DNA of 64,000 bases from an uncultured Bacteroidota bacterium (GCA_902631125.1 CACOXF010000001.1:53052-117051); one strand, 5' to 3'. Positions 46,591 through 57,033 are shown, counted from the first letter of the stretch. Numbers and translations are program-made. The notes: generated from the letters alone by a model not told the origin.

Positions 46591-49500
46591 TTAAAATCGT
46601 GCTACAATTCCTGTTCTAAATGTTCTTGATCTTGGATAAGAGTCAACATCCAAACCAGGTGTTAATTGATTGTTTCCAACACTTACATCTGGATCCCATC
46701 CACTGTATTTAGTCCAAATGTGTAAATTATCCATAGTTGCATAAATACGCAGATTTTTAACCCCAATTTTTCTGATTAAATCATTAGGCAAAGTAAAACC
46801 TAGAGTAATATTTCTAATTCTAAAATAGGAACCATTTTCAAGGTACAGGTCATAAGCTGCTGAATTTACGTCTCCACTATTTCCGGCACTAAATGCAGTG
46901 AAGGTACCGTCAGGGTTTGTTGGAGACCATCTGTCATCAACTATAGAAAACTTATTTCTCCAAGGAACAGCAGTTTGTGCCCCCTTTTTCAAAGTCTTGT
47001 TATAGACATCATTCCCATATGACCAAGATGTTTGAATAGATAAATCAAAATTCTTGAAATTTAAATTTTGTGTCATACCTCCGAAGTGCTTAGGAAAAGT
47101 ATTTCCAATAATATGTCTGTCATCATCATTAATTACGCCATCTCCATTGATATCTTTAAATTTAGTCATCCCGGGACGGTAGGTGCCATTAGTAACAAGC
47201 GCATTTACGGGAACTCCGTCCTTAAGCGTATACTGGTTTAAGCTCCACCACATTTCAGTGCCGTCATCTCCAACTGCTGCTGCATCTGCATATAATTTAG
47301 ATGCTGCTTCATCAATACTCATTCCATCGAATTCGACAAAATCCTGATAGTTGTAAACCCCGTCATAGGCCAATCCGTAGATTGAACCTAATGATTCACC
47401 AACTTTAACTATATAATCGTTATTTGTTAAATTATCACCAATTGCTGTAACGAAAAATTCGTCAGCATCTCCTAGGTCCAATACTTTGTTTTCATTGAAA
47501 CTGATGTTAAAATTCATATTCCAATTAAAATCTCGATTCTCAATCATATTTGCGTTTACAGCAAATTCATATCCTTTGTTGTTTATCAAACCTATGTTTT
47601 TAAATGATGTCTGGTATCCTGATGTTGATGGTAGTGGAACTTCTAAAAGTAAATTAGAAGTTTCCTTATCGTAATAATCTGCTTCAATAGTAGCCCTATT
47701 ATTAAAAAGACCAAGACTAAGACCATAATCAATTTCACGAGTGGTCTCCCACGTAAGTTCTTCATTGGCCAACTGAGTAATTGATGAACCTGTTGTAAGT
47801 GCACTACCACCAAAAACATAGCTAGAGATCCCCGCTTGAGCAATCGATTTGTAGGCAGGAATCTCAGTATTTCCTGACTGACCATAACTGAACTTCAGCT
47901 TAACTTCTGAAATATTATCCTGTATAAAAGACCCAATGGGGTATTTCCAAAATGAACCATTATGACTAGCGAACCATTCTTCATTTGTTAATCTCCAAGC
48001 AAAACCAATTGAGGGAAAATAATCCCAGCGTTTATCTTCAGCAAAACGTGAGGAACCGTCATAGCGTAAACTAGCTGTAAGTAAATATTTATTATATCCA
48101 TCATATTGAATACGACCAATAAATGATTCAACAGATGAATTGAATGCATATGACTGTGTTGGTTCTGTATTGAGAGCACCTTGAAGTGCATCTAGATTTA
48201 AGTCTGGGATATCAAAACCAGTTGAATTTGATCTTAAAGTTTCTGATGTATTTTGTTGTCTCTCATATACAAGCGTTGTATTGATACGGTGGTTACCAAA
48301 ATCTTTTAAATAGCTTAAATTTTGTTCAGTAACTAAACTCCCACTATTATAAAATCTCGTTATTGCTCTACCGCCGACAGCTTTTGACCAACCAAATTTA
48401 TTTGTGTACCAGGCCTTGTTTTTTACTGCCATAGAAAATCCTCTAATTGATGATCTAAAAGTTAAACTCTCGGTTAATTCGTATGTTAGATAGGCATTAA
48501 GGCTTGTTTGTAGTGTTTTTCCAAAGTTAGTATTTTCAGATAATATTAGTTCCGGGTTACTTACATCTCCGTTTCGATTTGCAATTATACGTCCAGTTTC
48601 TGGGTCATATTCATTTTGAAACCATTGCCTTGGTGATTGAACAGGAGAAAAAAGAATAGCACTCGTTACTATCCCCGATCTACCTTGGCTGTTATCCGAA
48701 GCAGCAGTTACAACACCCGACCTAGAAATATGTCCAATATTTCCATTAAAACCTGCTCCTAGTTTATCATCTAATTTAGAACTTATATTGAAATTACCTG
48801 TATACCTTTCAATTCCAGATGTGCGAATTATACCTTCACGATCTTGATACGAAAAAGCTGCATTATAGCGCGTATTTTTATTACCGCCACTCGCATTAAT
48901 TCTGTAGTTTTTTGTAATAGCTTCACGAGTAATGTTTTCTTGCCAATCATCAATTAATATGGGTGGATCAAATTCCATTGTTGCTAAATCAATGGGGATG
49001 TAAGTACCTGTACCATCATCAACCCTCATAGATTCAGCTAAATACTTAATTTGGTTCGTATCATCTGAAACCTCTGAGAACTGGGGAAACCAAGTCTGAT
49101 AATCATTTCGATAATCAATAAACTCTTGTGCCGATAAAATATCAAGTTTTTTTGAAAGTGTTGAAACCCCATAAAATGACTGAAAAGTTATTTGATTTCT
49201 TCCCGGCAACCCTTTTTTAGTTGTTATTAAAATTACTCCGTTAGCTCCTCTAGAACCGTAAATGGCAGTAGCGGATGCATCTTTTAATATGTCAATTGAC
49301 TCAATACTACTAGGATCTATTGTCGCAAGTGGGCTTGTTGAACTATTTCCTTGGCCAACCGAAGTAGAAACGCCAGCACCCGTAATTGGAAAACCATCAA
49401 TTACATATAAAGGGTCATTGCTTGCATTTATTGAAGTACCCCCTCGAATTCTAATTTTGAATGATGCATCAGGTCCTCCTTCAGATTGCACCACTTGCAC

Positions 49501-49962
49501 GCCAGCAGCTTGGGAAGCTATGGCACCTTCAAAACTTGTGGTTTTGATTTTTTCAATTTCATTAGACTTGATTGTTGATACAGCTCCGGTCAAATCTTTT
49601 CGCTTTACAGAACCATAACCAACCACCACAACTTCTTCAAGCTCTGAAATATCAGCAATAAGATTTACACTTAATTGGTTTCGACCCTCGAGCTCAACTT
49701 CTAATGTTTTAAAACCTATATAGCTGAAGACAATTGCATCGTCTTTATTTGCAAAAATTTCGAAATTACCATCAAAATCAGTGACTGAGCCGACTTGTTG
49801 TCCTTTAACTGCCACACTGACACCTGGAAGTAAACTTCCATCTCCTGTGACCGTTCCTTTTACATTCAACTGTTGCCCATACACAAATGTGAATGAACAA
49901 AATAGCACGAGCAAAATTATAAAAGTAGATTTTAGTGTTTTGCTAATTATCAGTCTGATCAT
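46591..49962 (-). CDS. susC: SusC/RagA-family TonB-dependent outer-membrane transporter
   Basis: From ATG 49962. Signal peptide, carboxypeptidase-regulatory-like domain (VKGTVTGDGSLLPGVSVAVKG..), plug (..DPLYVIDGFP..), and a large barrel ending ..RTFRTGIVARF. No N-terminal STN extension. Confidence 0.93.
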   Translation of the reverse strand: MIRLIISKTLKSTFIILLVLFCSFTFVYGQQLNVKGTVTGDGSLLPGVSVAVKGQQVGSVTDFDGNFEIFANKDDAIVFSYIGFKTLEVELEGRNQLSVNLIADISELEEVVVVGYGSVKRKDLTGAVSTIKSNEIEKIKTTSFEGAIASQAAGVQVVQSEGGPDASFKIRIRGGTSINASNDPLYVIDGFPITGAGVSTSVGQGNSSTSPLATIDPSSIESIDILKDASATAIYGSRGANGVILITTKKGLPGRNQITFQSFYGVSTLSKKLDILSAQEFIDYRNDYQTWFPQFSEVSDDTNQIKYLAESMRVDDGTGTYIPIDLATMEFDPPILIDDWQENITREAITKNYRINASGGNKNTRYNAAFSYQDREGIIRTSGIERYTGNFNISSKLDDKLGAGFNGNIGHISRSGVVTAASDNSQGRSGIVTSAILFSPVQSPRQWFQNEYDPETGRIIANRNGDVSNPELILSENTNFGKTLQTSLNAYLTYELTESLTFRSSIRGFSMAVKNKAWYTNKFGWSKAVGGRAITRFYNSGSLVTEQNLSYLKDFGNHRINTTLVYERQQNTSETLRSNSTGFDIPDLNLDALQGALNTEPTQSYAFNSSVESFIGRIQYDGYNKYLLTASLRYDGSSRFAEDKRWDYFPSIGFAWRLTNEEWFASHNGSFWKYPIGSFIQDNISEVKLKFSYGQSGNTEIPAYKSIAQAGISSYVFGGSALTTGSSITQLANEELTWETTREIDYGLSLGLFNNRATIEADYYDKETSNLLLEVPLPSTSGYQTSFKNIGLINNKGYEFAVNANMIENRDFNWNMNFNISFNENKVLDLGDADEFFVTAIGDNLTNNDYIVKVGESLGSIYGLAYDGVYNYQDFVEFDGMSIDEAASKLYADAAAVGDDGTEMWWSLNQYTLKDGVPVNALVTNGTYRPGMTKFKDINGDGVINDDDRHIIGNTFPKHFGGMTQNLNFKNFDLSIQTSWSYGNDVYNKTLKKGAQTAVPWRNKFSIVDDRWSPTNPDGTFTAFSAGNSGDVNSAAYDLYLENGSYFRIRNITLGFTLPNDLIRKIGVKNLRIYATMDNLHIWTKYSGWDPDVSVGNNQLTPGLDVDSYPRSRTFRTGIVARF

Positions 49963-50166
49963 AATTTGAGTTTTCAAAGTTTATTTTTTAAAATATTTTT
50001 AAATTTATTAGTATATCTTAATTTATATTGCCAACCAATTAACAAAATATATTCAAAAATTATCAATTTGTTAAAATAGGCTTGATAACCCCTGTTATTT
50101 AAAAGGTAATTTTAGATATTATTGTTTCAAAAAAAATTAAGTCTTTTGATAAAAATTAGTCAATTT

Positions 50167-53100
50167 ATGATTCTTTATTATTTGAGAGTTACCTACTTTT
50201 TGATTTTTATTCAATCAACCCTACTTTTTGCCCAAACAGATACCATGATAGATAGCATATCACTCAATGGAAAATGGACTATTATTTTTGACCAAGAGAA
50301 CAAAGGGGGTGTTGAAAAATGGTATCTAAAAAAAAATTTTGACAAGCATACAAAACAAATTGAAGTTCAAGTACCGAGTCACTGGGAAAGCATCAAAAAA
50401 GACTATGAAGGCGTGGTCTTTTACAAAAAATCATTTCAATTACCAGAAACTTGGAATGATGGAGTTTTTAGTCTTCATTTTGAAGCAGTCAATTACAAAG
50501 CCGAGATTTGGGTCAATGACCAAGCCGTCGGTACACATGAAGGGGGATTTACTCCTTTTTCCTTTCAGGTCGATGAGGTTCTTAAACCCAGCGTGATAAA
50601 CCATATTATTATAAGGGTTGTCGGTCCGATTCTAATGACTGAACAGCGTATTGATGAAATGGGTCGTATGGAAGTACCCCAATGGAGAGGTGCGATTACA
50701 GGGGGAATTTGGCAAGACGTTTGGATTCAGCGCAGAGGAAATGTTACCATTCATGATGTTTTTTTAAAACCCGATATTGACAAATCGCAAACGGATATTG
50801 ATCTAGAATTATACAATTACAAATCAGCACAACAAAAAACAACTCTTTCAATTAAAGTCAATGATGCAGCCAGTAACACGGTGGGCGTTTTTGAAAAAAA
50901 TATGGACTTGGATCCAGGAATAAATAGCCTCAAAACATCCGTAGATATTCCAAATCAAAAGTTGTGGTCGACAAAAAGTCCACACCTATATTCGATTGAC
51001 ATTTCACTCACAAATGGCAAAGAAACAACGGACAACTGGACACATCGTTTTGGCATGCGAAAATTTACAATCAATAACAATCGATTCTATCTAAACAATG
51101 AACCCCTATATTTAAAAGCAACCTTTTTTGAAGGGCTTTACCCTGTAGGACTTGCTTATCCTGACTCAAAGGAAATGGCGATTAGAGAAATTCAACTTGC
51201 CAAAGATGCGGGATTCAATATGATTAGACCTTGGCGAAAGCCTCCGCCCAAAATGTGGCTTGAACTCTGTGACGAGATGGGTGTTTTAACCGTCGGTAGC
51301 TTAGCAATAGAATGTATGAATAGACCTATCCAATCGGCTTATTTGCCTATGCGGGTAGAGAATGAACTTACACAGAGTATTCTAAGGGATCGAAACCGAA
51401 CAAGCGTAGTGATTTGGGAACTTTTCAATGAGCTTTTACAGCCAGTTATGATTCAAATGCTTCGACCCATGTCACTAAAAGCCCGAGAGCTTGACCCAAC
51501 CAGGCTTATTCTGGACGAATCAGGCGGATGGGCCAAGGGTGCAAGAATGTATTTGCCATACGAAAAAACAGGAAATCAGTTTAATGATATTCATGATTAT
51601 TCAGGTTCCCAAATTACGCAAAGTATTTATGATGGATATGCTAATATTGGTGCTTCAAATGACGAATTGAAAGAGAAAAACCTCTACGGACTAAAAATAC
51701 CAGGGAAAAATGTCGTTCCTGGGCGACTCTCTTTCGTTTCTGAATTGGGTTATGGCAGTTTGCCTAATCTCCCTCAAAACAATGAGGAATTTAGACGAAA
51801 AGGAAATCCCCTAGCACCCACCATGCGCTATCACCTAAGACTAGAAAAAGAACTTGAGCAAATGATGCAAAAAACAGGTTTTGATCGTTTGTTTAAAAAT
51901 TTTGAAGAGTTCTGTTTGGCTCAGCAAACGGCACATGGAATGGCAAACAAAAGATTGCTTGAAGCCACACGCTCCAACCCAAATGTAATCGGGTATTGTG
52001 TTCATGCACTAACAGCGGGAGATTGGATAATGGGTGCAGGTCTGTTGGATTTGTGGCGGAATCCTAAAACAGATGTTTATGAAATGACTAAAGAGGCCAA
52101 CCAAGAGCAAATTGTTACCTTACGGGTAATGCCTAGAAACAGTTACTCTGGAGTTAACCCAAAGGTAGAAGTGATTGGCGTCAACGAAAATATGGAGATG
52201 AAAGTCCAAATTCATTTTCAAGTATATGATGCGTCGGAAAACCTTATTATTGAAAAAGAATTACATAAACCTTTGACCAAAGGCATAACACCTTACCTGA
52301 GTGAAGAAATTAACATGTCTGGATTAACGGGGAGTTTTGAAGCGCGTGTTAAATTAAAAGACAAAAAAGGAAATATTATTGCCAAAAATAGTTTTGATTT
52401 TGACATTTTTGACCCTGTAGTTTTTAATATTGATGCGCCGCTTCGCGTCATAGATCCAAAAGGAGAACTAAAAATATTTCTAACCAAAAAAAATATATCT
52501 TTTGTAGATTTTGAAACTAATGAACATGCTGGGGGATTGATAATCAGTGGTTTGGTGCCACGGACAGAAAAAAAAGTTTTTAACGAGTTGCTCAAAAATG
52601 CTAAAGCTCAAGTTGCTAAAGGAGGAAAGCTAATCATTTTAGATGTACCGGGAAAAACACCGCCCTATTTTGGAAGAAAATTTGAATCTAACAGCGTTGA
52701 GGGCCTGCCTTTTTCTGCTAATTTGTTAAATAAAGGTACCACCCTAGGACTTTGGGCTGGAAAACCTCATATGATCAAGGAACACCCCGTGTTCCAAGGA
52801 CTACCAACGAGTGTAATAATGCAAGAAGTTTATCAAAATGTACATCCAAAAACCACGATGATGATGCAACAAGGCAAAATGATATCGGGCGTGGTAAGCT
52901 ATGACCATTTTAAAAATTTAGATTTGATGCTTCGTCATTATCCGGGTCCCGGTGATATTTGGTTTGGCGCCAATCTTTTAGAAACAGCGTTTGGTGAAGG
53001 GACTATGCTGTTATCAACTTTTGATATTGTTGGAAATCTAGGAAAAGATCCAGTTGCCGAACTTATTTTAAAAAATATGATTAATTACGTAAATAAATAA
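50167..53100 (+). CDS. glycoside hydrolase family 2-like enzyme with a long C-terminal extension
   Basis: From ATG 50167, with a signal peptide. GH2 sugar-binding N-domain (..HFEAVNYKAEIWVNDQAVGTHEGGFTPFSF..). TIM barrel with FNMIRPW, acid/base context VVIWELFNE and nucleophile context SFVSELGYGS. About 350 further residues are of unclear fold. Confidence 0.8.
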   Translation: MILYYLRVTYFLIFIQSTLLFAQTDTMIDSISLNGKWTIIFDQENKGGVEKWYLKKNFDKHTKQIEVQVPSHWESIKKDYEGVVFYKKSFQLPETWNDGVFSLHFEAVNYKAEIWVNDQAVGTHEGGFTPFSFQVDEVLKPSVINHIIIRVVGPILMTEQRIDEMGRMEVPQWRGAITGGIWQDVWIQRRGNVTIHDVFLKPDIDKSQTDIDLELYNYKSAQQKTTLSIKVNDAASNTVGVFEKNMDLDPGINSLKTSVDIPNQKLWSTKSPHLYSIDISLTNGKETTDNWTHRFGMRKFTINNNRFYLNNEPLYLKATFFEGLYPVGLAYPDSKEMAIREIQLAKDAGFNMIRPWRKPPPKMWLELCDEMGVLTVGSLAIECMNRPIQSAYLPMRVENELTQSILRDRNRTSVVIWELFNELLQPVMIQMLRPMSLKARELDPTRLILDESGGWAKGARMYLPYEKTGNQFNDIHDYSGSQITQSIYDGYANIGASNDELKEKNLYGLKIPGKNVVPGRLSFVSELGYGSLPNLPQNNEEFRRKGNPLAPTMRYHLRLEKELEQMMQKTGFDRLFKNFEEFCLAQQTAHGMANKRLLEATRSNPNVIGYCVHALTAGDWIMGAGLLDLWRNPKTDVYEMTKEANQEQIVTLRVMPRNSYSGVNPKVEVIGVNENMEMKVQIHFQVYDASENLIIEKELHKPLTKGITPYLSEEINMSGLTGSFEARVKLKDKKGNIIAKNSFDFDIFDPVVFNIDAPLRVIDPKGELKIFLTKKNISFVDFETNEHAGGLIISGLVPRTEKKVFNELLKNAKAQVAKGGKLIILDVPGKTPPYFGRKFESNSVEGLPFSANLLNKGTTLGLWAGKPHMIKEHPVFQGLPTSVIMQEVYQNVHPKTTMMMQQGKMISGVVSYDHFKNLDLMLRHYPGPGDIWFGANLLETAFGEGTMLLSTFDIVGNLGKDPVAELILKNMINYVNK

Positions 53101-53290
53101 ATGTAAAAAATATTCACTTTTGTGAAATCATGTTAAAGCTTAGCCTCTCCAGGTTTTTTAGGTTTTTCTCGAACAAATTCTTTTGATGTTTTTTATGGCG
53201 TCGGCTAATCCAACGTAGTTTATAACGAAAAATTAAATCATTTAGGAAACAATGTACGTTAGGCCCGAAAGGTCATTCAAGAAGTGAAAA

Positions 53291-54817
53291 CTATTTAAGT
53301 TCTATTTTTTTAACTTTTGAATAACTATCCCCCCTAATTTCTTTGAATCTGAGAATCATTTCGTTAAGTTTTTCTGGCTTTGAATCTGCCAAATTAAATT
53401 GTTGGCTTATATCTTGTGAAAGATCGTAAAGTTGGTACTGATTACCATTACCGATTTCAATATTAACAGCTTTTAGTTTAGCAGGTCCGCTGTATGGAGG
53501 AATCATAACCCAATCACCACTTCTGAAAGCAGTTCGGGTTGTTGCCTCCAATATCAACTCCTCGCGCCCCAGATCACTATTGCCCATAAAGGTATTTAGC
53601 AAGTCAATACTGTCTTCGGCTCGAAGATTACTACCAGTCAATCTAGCAAATGAAGAAAATAAATCCAATTGGCTCACCAATGCATCTGATTTTTTAGCCT
53701 GAATCTTTCCTTTCCAATACACTATAAAAGGAACCCTTGTACCGGCTTCAAATAGGCTGTATTTACCCCCTCGCAATACCCCTGATGACGTATGATTTCC
53801 GTTTTTTTCAACCGCATCGTCATAGTAACCATCATTTAACACTGGTCCGTTATCGCTTGAAAACACGATAAGCGTATTTTCCACAAGCCCTTCTTCTTTT
53901 AGCGTTTTCATAAGCTCCCCAATACACCAATCAGCTTCAGCAATCACATCTCCCCTTGGTCCTAAAGAAGTAGCTCCAACAAAGCGAGGATGAGGCGTGC
54001 GAGGTACGTGGGGTTGTTGCATGCCATAGTATAAAAAGAATGGTTTATTTTTTTTTGATTTTATATATTTTTTGACCTTATTAAGGAAATGATCTGCCAT
54101 ATCTGTATCACTCCACTTTGCAGATTCACCACCTTTCATAAAACCAATTCTAGGAACGCCGTTTACAATAGTTCCGTTATGTCCGTGGTGCCACATCATT
54201 GATAACAGTTCAGGATTGTTTTTTCCTGTTGCTTGACCCTCATAATTCATTTGGTAACTGATTTCAATGGGATCTGATGGATCTAAACCGTCCACGTAAC
54301 CATTCTCAATATAAACAGTTGGCACTCTATCCTGTGTTGCTGCCATGATGTATGAATGATCAAATCCTATCTCATTTGGTCCTGGACTAATATGGGTATT
54401 CCAATCGACTTGCCCTGTACCAAGGCCAAGATGCCATTTTCCAATGACTGCTGTTTCATAGCCTTGATTTTTAAGCATTTTGGGAATTGTCATTTGGGCT
54501 GTATCAATGATTAGTGGCGCTGTCCCTGGAAGGATACGTGCTCGCTTTTCTTTCCAAGGATAAGTGCCTGTTAAGAGCGCATACCTACTGGGTGTGCACG
54601 TAGCCGATGATGCATAACCTTGGGTAAATTGAACGCCATTATTTGCTAAAAAATCCATATTGGGTGTGCTAATTTCTGTAGCTCCGTAAGCACTTACATC
54701 TCCATATCCTAAATCGTCAGTGTATATGATAATTATATTGGGGGTTTGCGGTTCTTTTGAACAACCCCCAAGATTAATTGCTACAAAAACAATAAATAAA
54801 AACGTATATTTTCTCAT
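53291..54817 (-). CDS. S1-family sulfatase (Cys-type), lipoprotein
   Basis: From ATG 54817 (MRKYTFLFIVFVAINLGGCS). ..IIIIYTDDLGYGD.. and the formylglycine motif SATCTPSRYALLTG. Confidence 0.9.
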   Translation of the reverse strand: MRKYTFLFIVFVAINLGGCSKEPQTPNIIIIYTDDLGYGDVSAYGATEISTPNMDFLANNGVQFTQGYASSATCTPSRYALLTGTYPWKEKRARILPGTAPLIIDTAQMTIPKMLKNQGYETAVIGKWHLGLGTGQVDWNTHISPGPNEIGFDHSYIMAATQDRVPTVYIENGYVDGLDPSDPIEISYQMNYEGQATGKNNPELLSMMWHHGHNGTIVNGVPRIGFMKGGESAKWSDTDMADHFLNKVKKYIKSKKNKPFFLYYGMQQPHVPRTPHPRFVGATSLGPRGDVIAEADWCIGELMKTLKEEGLVENTLIVFSSDNGPVLNDGYYDDAVEKNGNHTSSGVLRGGKYSLFEAGTRVPFIVYWKGKIQAKKSDALVSQLDLFSSFARLTGSNLRAEDSIDLLNTFMGNSDLGREELILEATTRTAFRSGDWVMIPPYSGPAKLKAVNIEIGNGNQYQLYDLSQDISQQFNLADSKPEKLNEMILRFKEIRGDSYSKVKKIELK

Positions 54818-55001
54818 TATGATGGCATTTTTGATTCTCAAATCTAAAAAACTATTGAAAGTTTAAATGGTATAATATTATCTTAAAACTGTTGATAATT
54901 ATCATTTTTTGATAATTTATATTGACAAAAAGGTAATTGTTATTATTAAAACAACTGATTTATGGTTTAGTTTTAACGATGCAAAAGTGACTTTAAAAAA
55001 T

Positions 55002-56405
55002 ATGGATATCAAAATACTTCTCTTGCTTATTTGTTCTAGCTCGTTTACTGTAGCCCAAACCACAGTTGGTACTGTCTTTGGCGATGGTATGGTTTTACAG
55101 CAACAGAAAGATATCTATTTATGGGGTACTGACAATTTTGATGGCAAAATACATGTTGTAAGTTCATGGGGCGAAACTTCCCAGACAACCACATCAACGA
55201 ATGGCAAATGGAAGCTACAATTATCAACCCCTGTAGCTGGTGGTCCGCATTCGATTACTATAAGGGGGTCGTCTACTATAAAAATAAACGACGTATTGAT
55301 TGGAGAGGTGTGGATATGCTCGGGGCAGTCTAATATGCAATTACCTCTTAAAGGAGGATTGGATGGTAATTTCATTGAAGGTGGGCTGGATGCAATTGTG
55401 AATTCAAAAAACGACAGAATCCGTTTTTTTAATGTCAAACAAAATACAAGTTTAAAACCACTGGACAATGTAAAAGGTAGATGGGAAAAAGCAGCACCTT
55501 TAACTTCGGGATCCTTTAGCGCAGTTGGATACTTCTTTGCCCAACAACTTGAAAAGGTACTAGATGTGCCTGTAGGGGTAATTGTTACAGCATGGGGTGG
55601 TTCTTCAGCAGAAGCTTGGACAAATTCAAGCACATTAATCAGTTTAGATTTGGAATCAGCTAAAAAAATGGTCAAAATGAAGCAACAAACACCAAGTGTG
55701 TTATATAATGCCATGATTCATCCTCTAATTGGCTATGGAATAAAAGGAGTTTTGTGGTATCAAGGAGAAGCAAATCGTCGTAATGCCAATGAATATGAAA
55801 AAATAGTCAATGCTATGGTTACTTCATGGCGAAAACAATGGAATATTGGAGATTTCCCTTTTTATTATGCTCAGATTGCACCTTTTAATTATGGTAAAAA
55901 TAATTCTGCTTTTTTGAGAGAAGCACAACTCAAGAGTACCCAAAGCTTACAAAATGCAGAGATGGTAGTTACGTTAGATGTTGGCGATTGCACCCAAATC
56001 CATCCATCAAAAAAAAGGGAAGTTGGCAGGCGTCTATCGTATATAGCACTAGCTAAAGACTATGGCATTAGTGGATATGATTTCAAGTCACCCACATTAA
56101 CAAATTACTTTATTGATAAACAAGAGATCATTTTAACTTTTTCGAACCGTATACAATTAAACAGGAATGTAGATACCTCAGAAAATTTTGAAATAGCAGG
56201 AACTGATATGATTTTTTATCCAGCAAATGCAGTTATGACGAGTCCCTATCATAAAGATCAAAAAGTCAGGGTTTTTTCTGAAAAAGTACCCCATCCAAAA
56301 GCAGTGCGTTATGGATTTAAAAACTGCGTAATACCAACCCTTTTTGGACGGAATGGCCTTCCTGTTTCATCTTTTAGAACCGATAATTTAAAGGCCAATG
56401 AATAG
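55002..56405 (+). CDS. SASA/DUF303-type carbohydrate esterase (sialate O-acetylesterase family)
   Basis: From ATG 55002, with a signal peptide. ..FGDGMVLQQ.. and the catalytic GEVWICSGQSNM motif; ..GVLWYQGEAN... Confidence 0.85.
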   Translation: MDIKILLLLICSSSFTVAQTTVGTVFGDGMVLQQQKDIYLWGTDNFDGKIHVVSSWGETSQTTTSTNGKWKLQLSTPVAGGPHSITIRGSSTIKINDVLIGEVWICSGQSNMQLPLKGGLDGNFIEGGLDAIVNSKNDRIRFFNVKQNTSLKPLDNVKGRWEKAAPLTSGSFSAVGYFFAQQLEKVLDVPVGVIVTAWGGSSAEAWTNSSTLISLDLESAKKMVKMKQQTPSVLYNAMIHPLIGYGIKGVLWYQGEANRRNANEYEKIVNAMVTSWRKQWNIGDFPFYYAQIAPFNYGKNNSAFLREAQLKSTQSLQNAEMVVTLDVGDCTQIHPSKKREVGRRLSYIALAKDYGISGYDFKSPTLTNYFIDKQEIILTFSNRIQLNRNVDTSENFEIAGTDMIFYPANAVMTSPYHKDQKVRVFSEKVPHPKAVRYGFKNCVIPTLFGRNGLPVSSFRTDNLKANE

Positions 56406-56865
56406 GCTATCATTGTTTTTTTTACTTCCGAGTGGTTTTGGAAATACTCAAAAATATCAACCGCAGTTTTCTACTGCAGGATTTTACCAAACGAACAAGA
56501 GTGTTCGTGAAGCTATTAATTTTAATGTAGGATGGAGCTTTATAAAGCAAGACGTTACTGGTGCGGAAAAACATGATTTTGATGACAGCGCATGGAGCGT
56601 TCTTAACCTCCCTGATTGCTTGGAACTTTTACCTTTAGCTGCCAAAAGAACTATACATAAAACAGGATTGCAAACTAGAGAAACCAATCATCAAAAAAGC
56701 ATTGCCATTAAAATGAAATCAAACGCCATCTTGAAAATTTTTGTTGCAAATGATTATGGCGACTTGGGCACTGTAGAATATTCGTGTAATTCATCTTTTG
56801 AAGAAGTATTGATTCCTCTCAATAATAGCACCAGTTTGAGCGGTACAACAAAGCTAAAAATTTAA
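56398..56865 (+). pseudogene. remnant of a second GH2 gene (N-terminal about 70 aa retained, core deleted)
   Basis: The 155-aa ORF starts with an ATGA overlap on the esterase stop. Residues ..INFNVGWSFIKQDVTGAEKHDFDDSAWSVLNLP.. match the start of GH2 sugar-binding domains. Similarity then stops, and the ORF is far too short for a GH2. Confidence 0.5.
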
Positions 56866-57033
56866 TTTCGTGACAAGAAAAATGACTTGATTAAAATAGA
56901 TTACGTAAAAAAATTATAAAGACATTGAAGATATGTTAACTAGCACAAAATCATGGGTAATATTTAGCACCTTACTATTCCAGTGTTTTATTTATTTTGA
57001 GCAGTTGAATTGAACCATTCATAAAAAAACTAC

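Noticed and set aside
54893-54904. TGATAATTATCA as a Fur box
   Set aside because: It contains GATAAT-type hexamers but has 6-0-6 geometry, not the 7-1-7 / 19-bp Fur arrangement. Perfect 12-bp palindromes are expected about 15 times per 64 kb by chance. I kept it only as part of the shared-motif observation.
55115-55714. 199-aa antisense ORF inside the esterase gene, and similar nested ORFs (17037..17492, 19586..20002, 11409..11789, 24858..25217, 49262..49618, 37878..38213)
   Set aside because: Each is fully embedded antisense in a gene with strong family motifs. None shows a recognisable domain. This is typical spurious antisense ORF behaviour.
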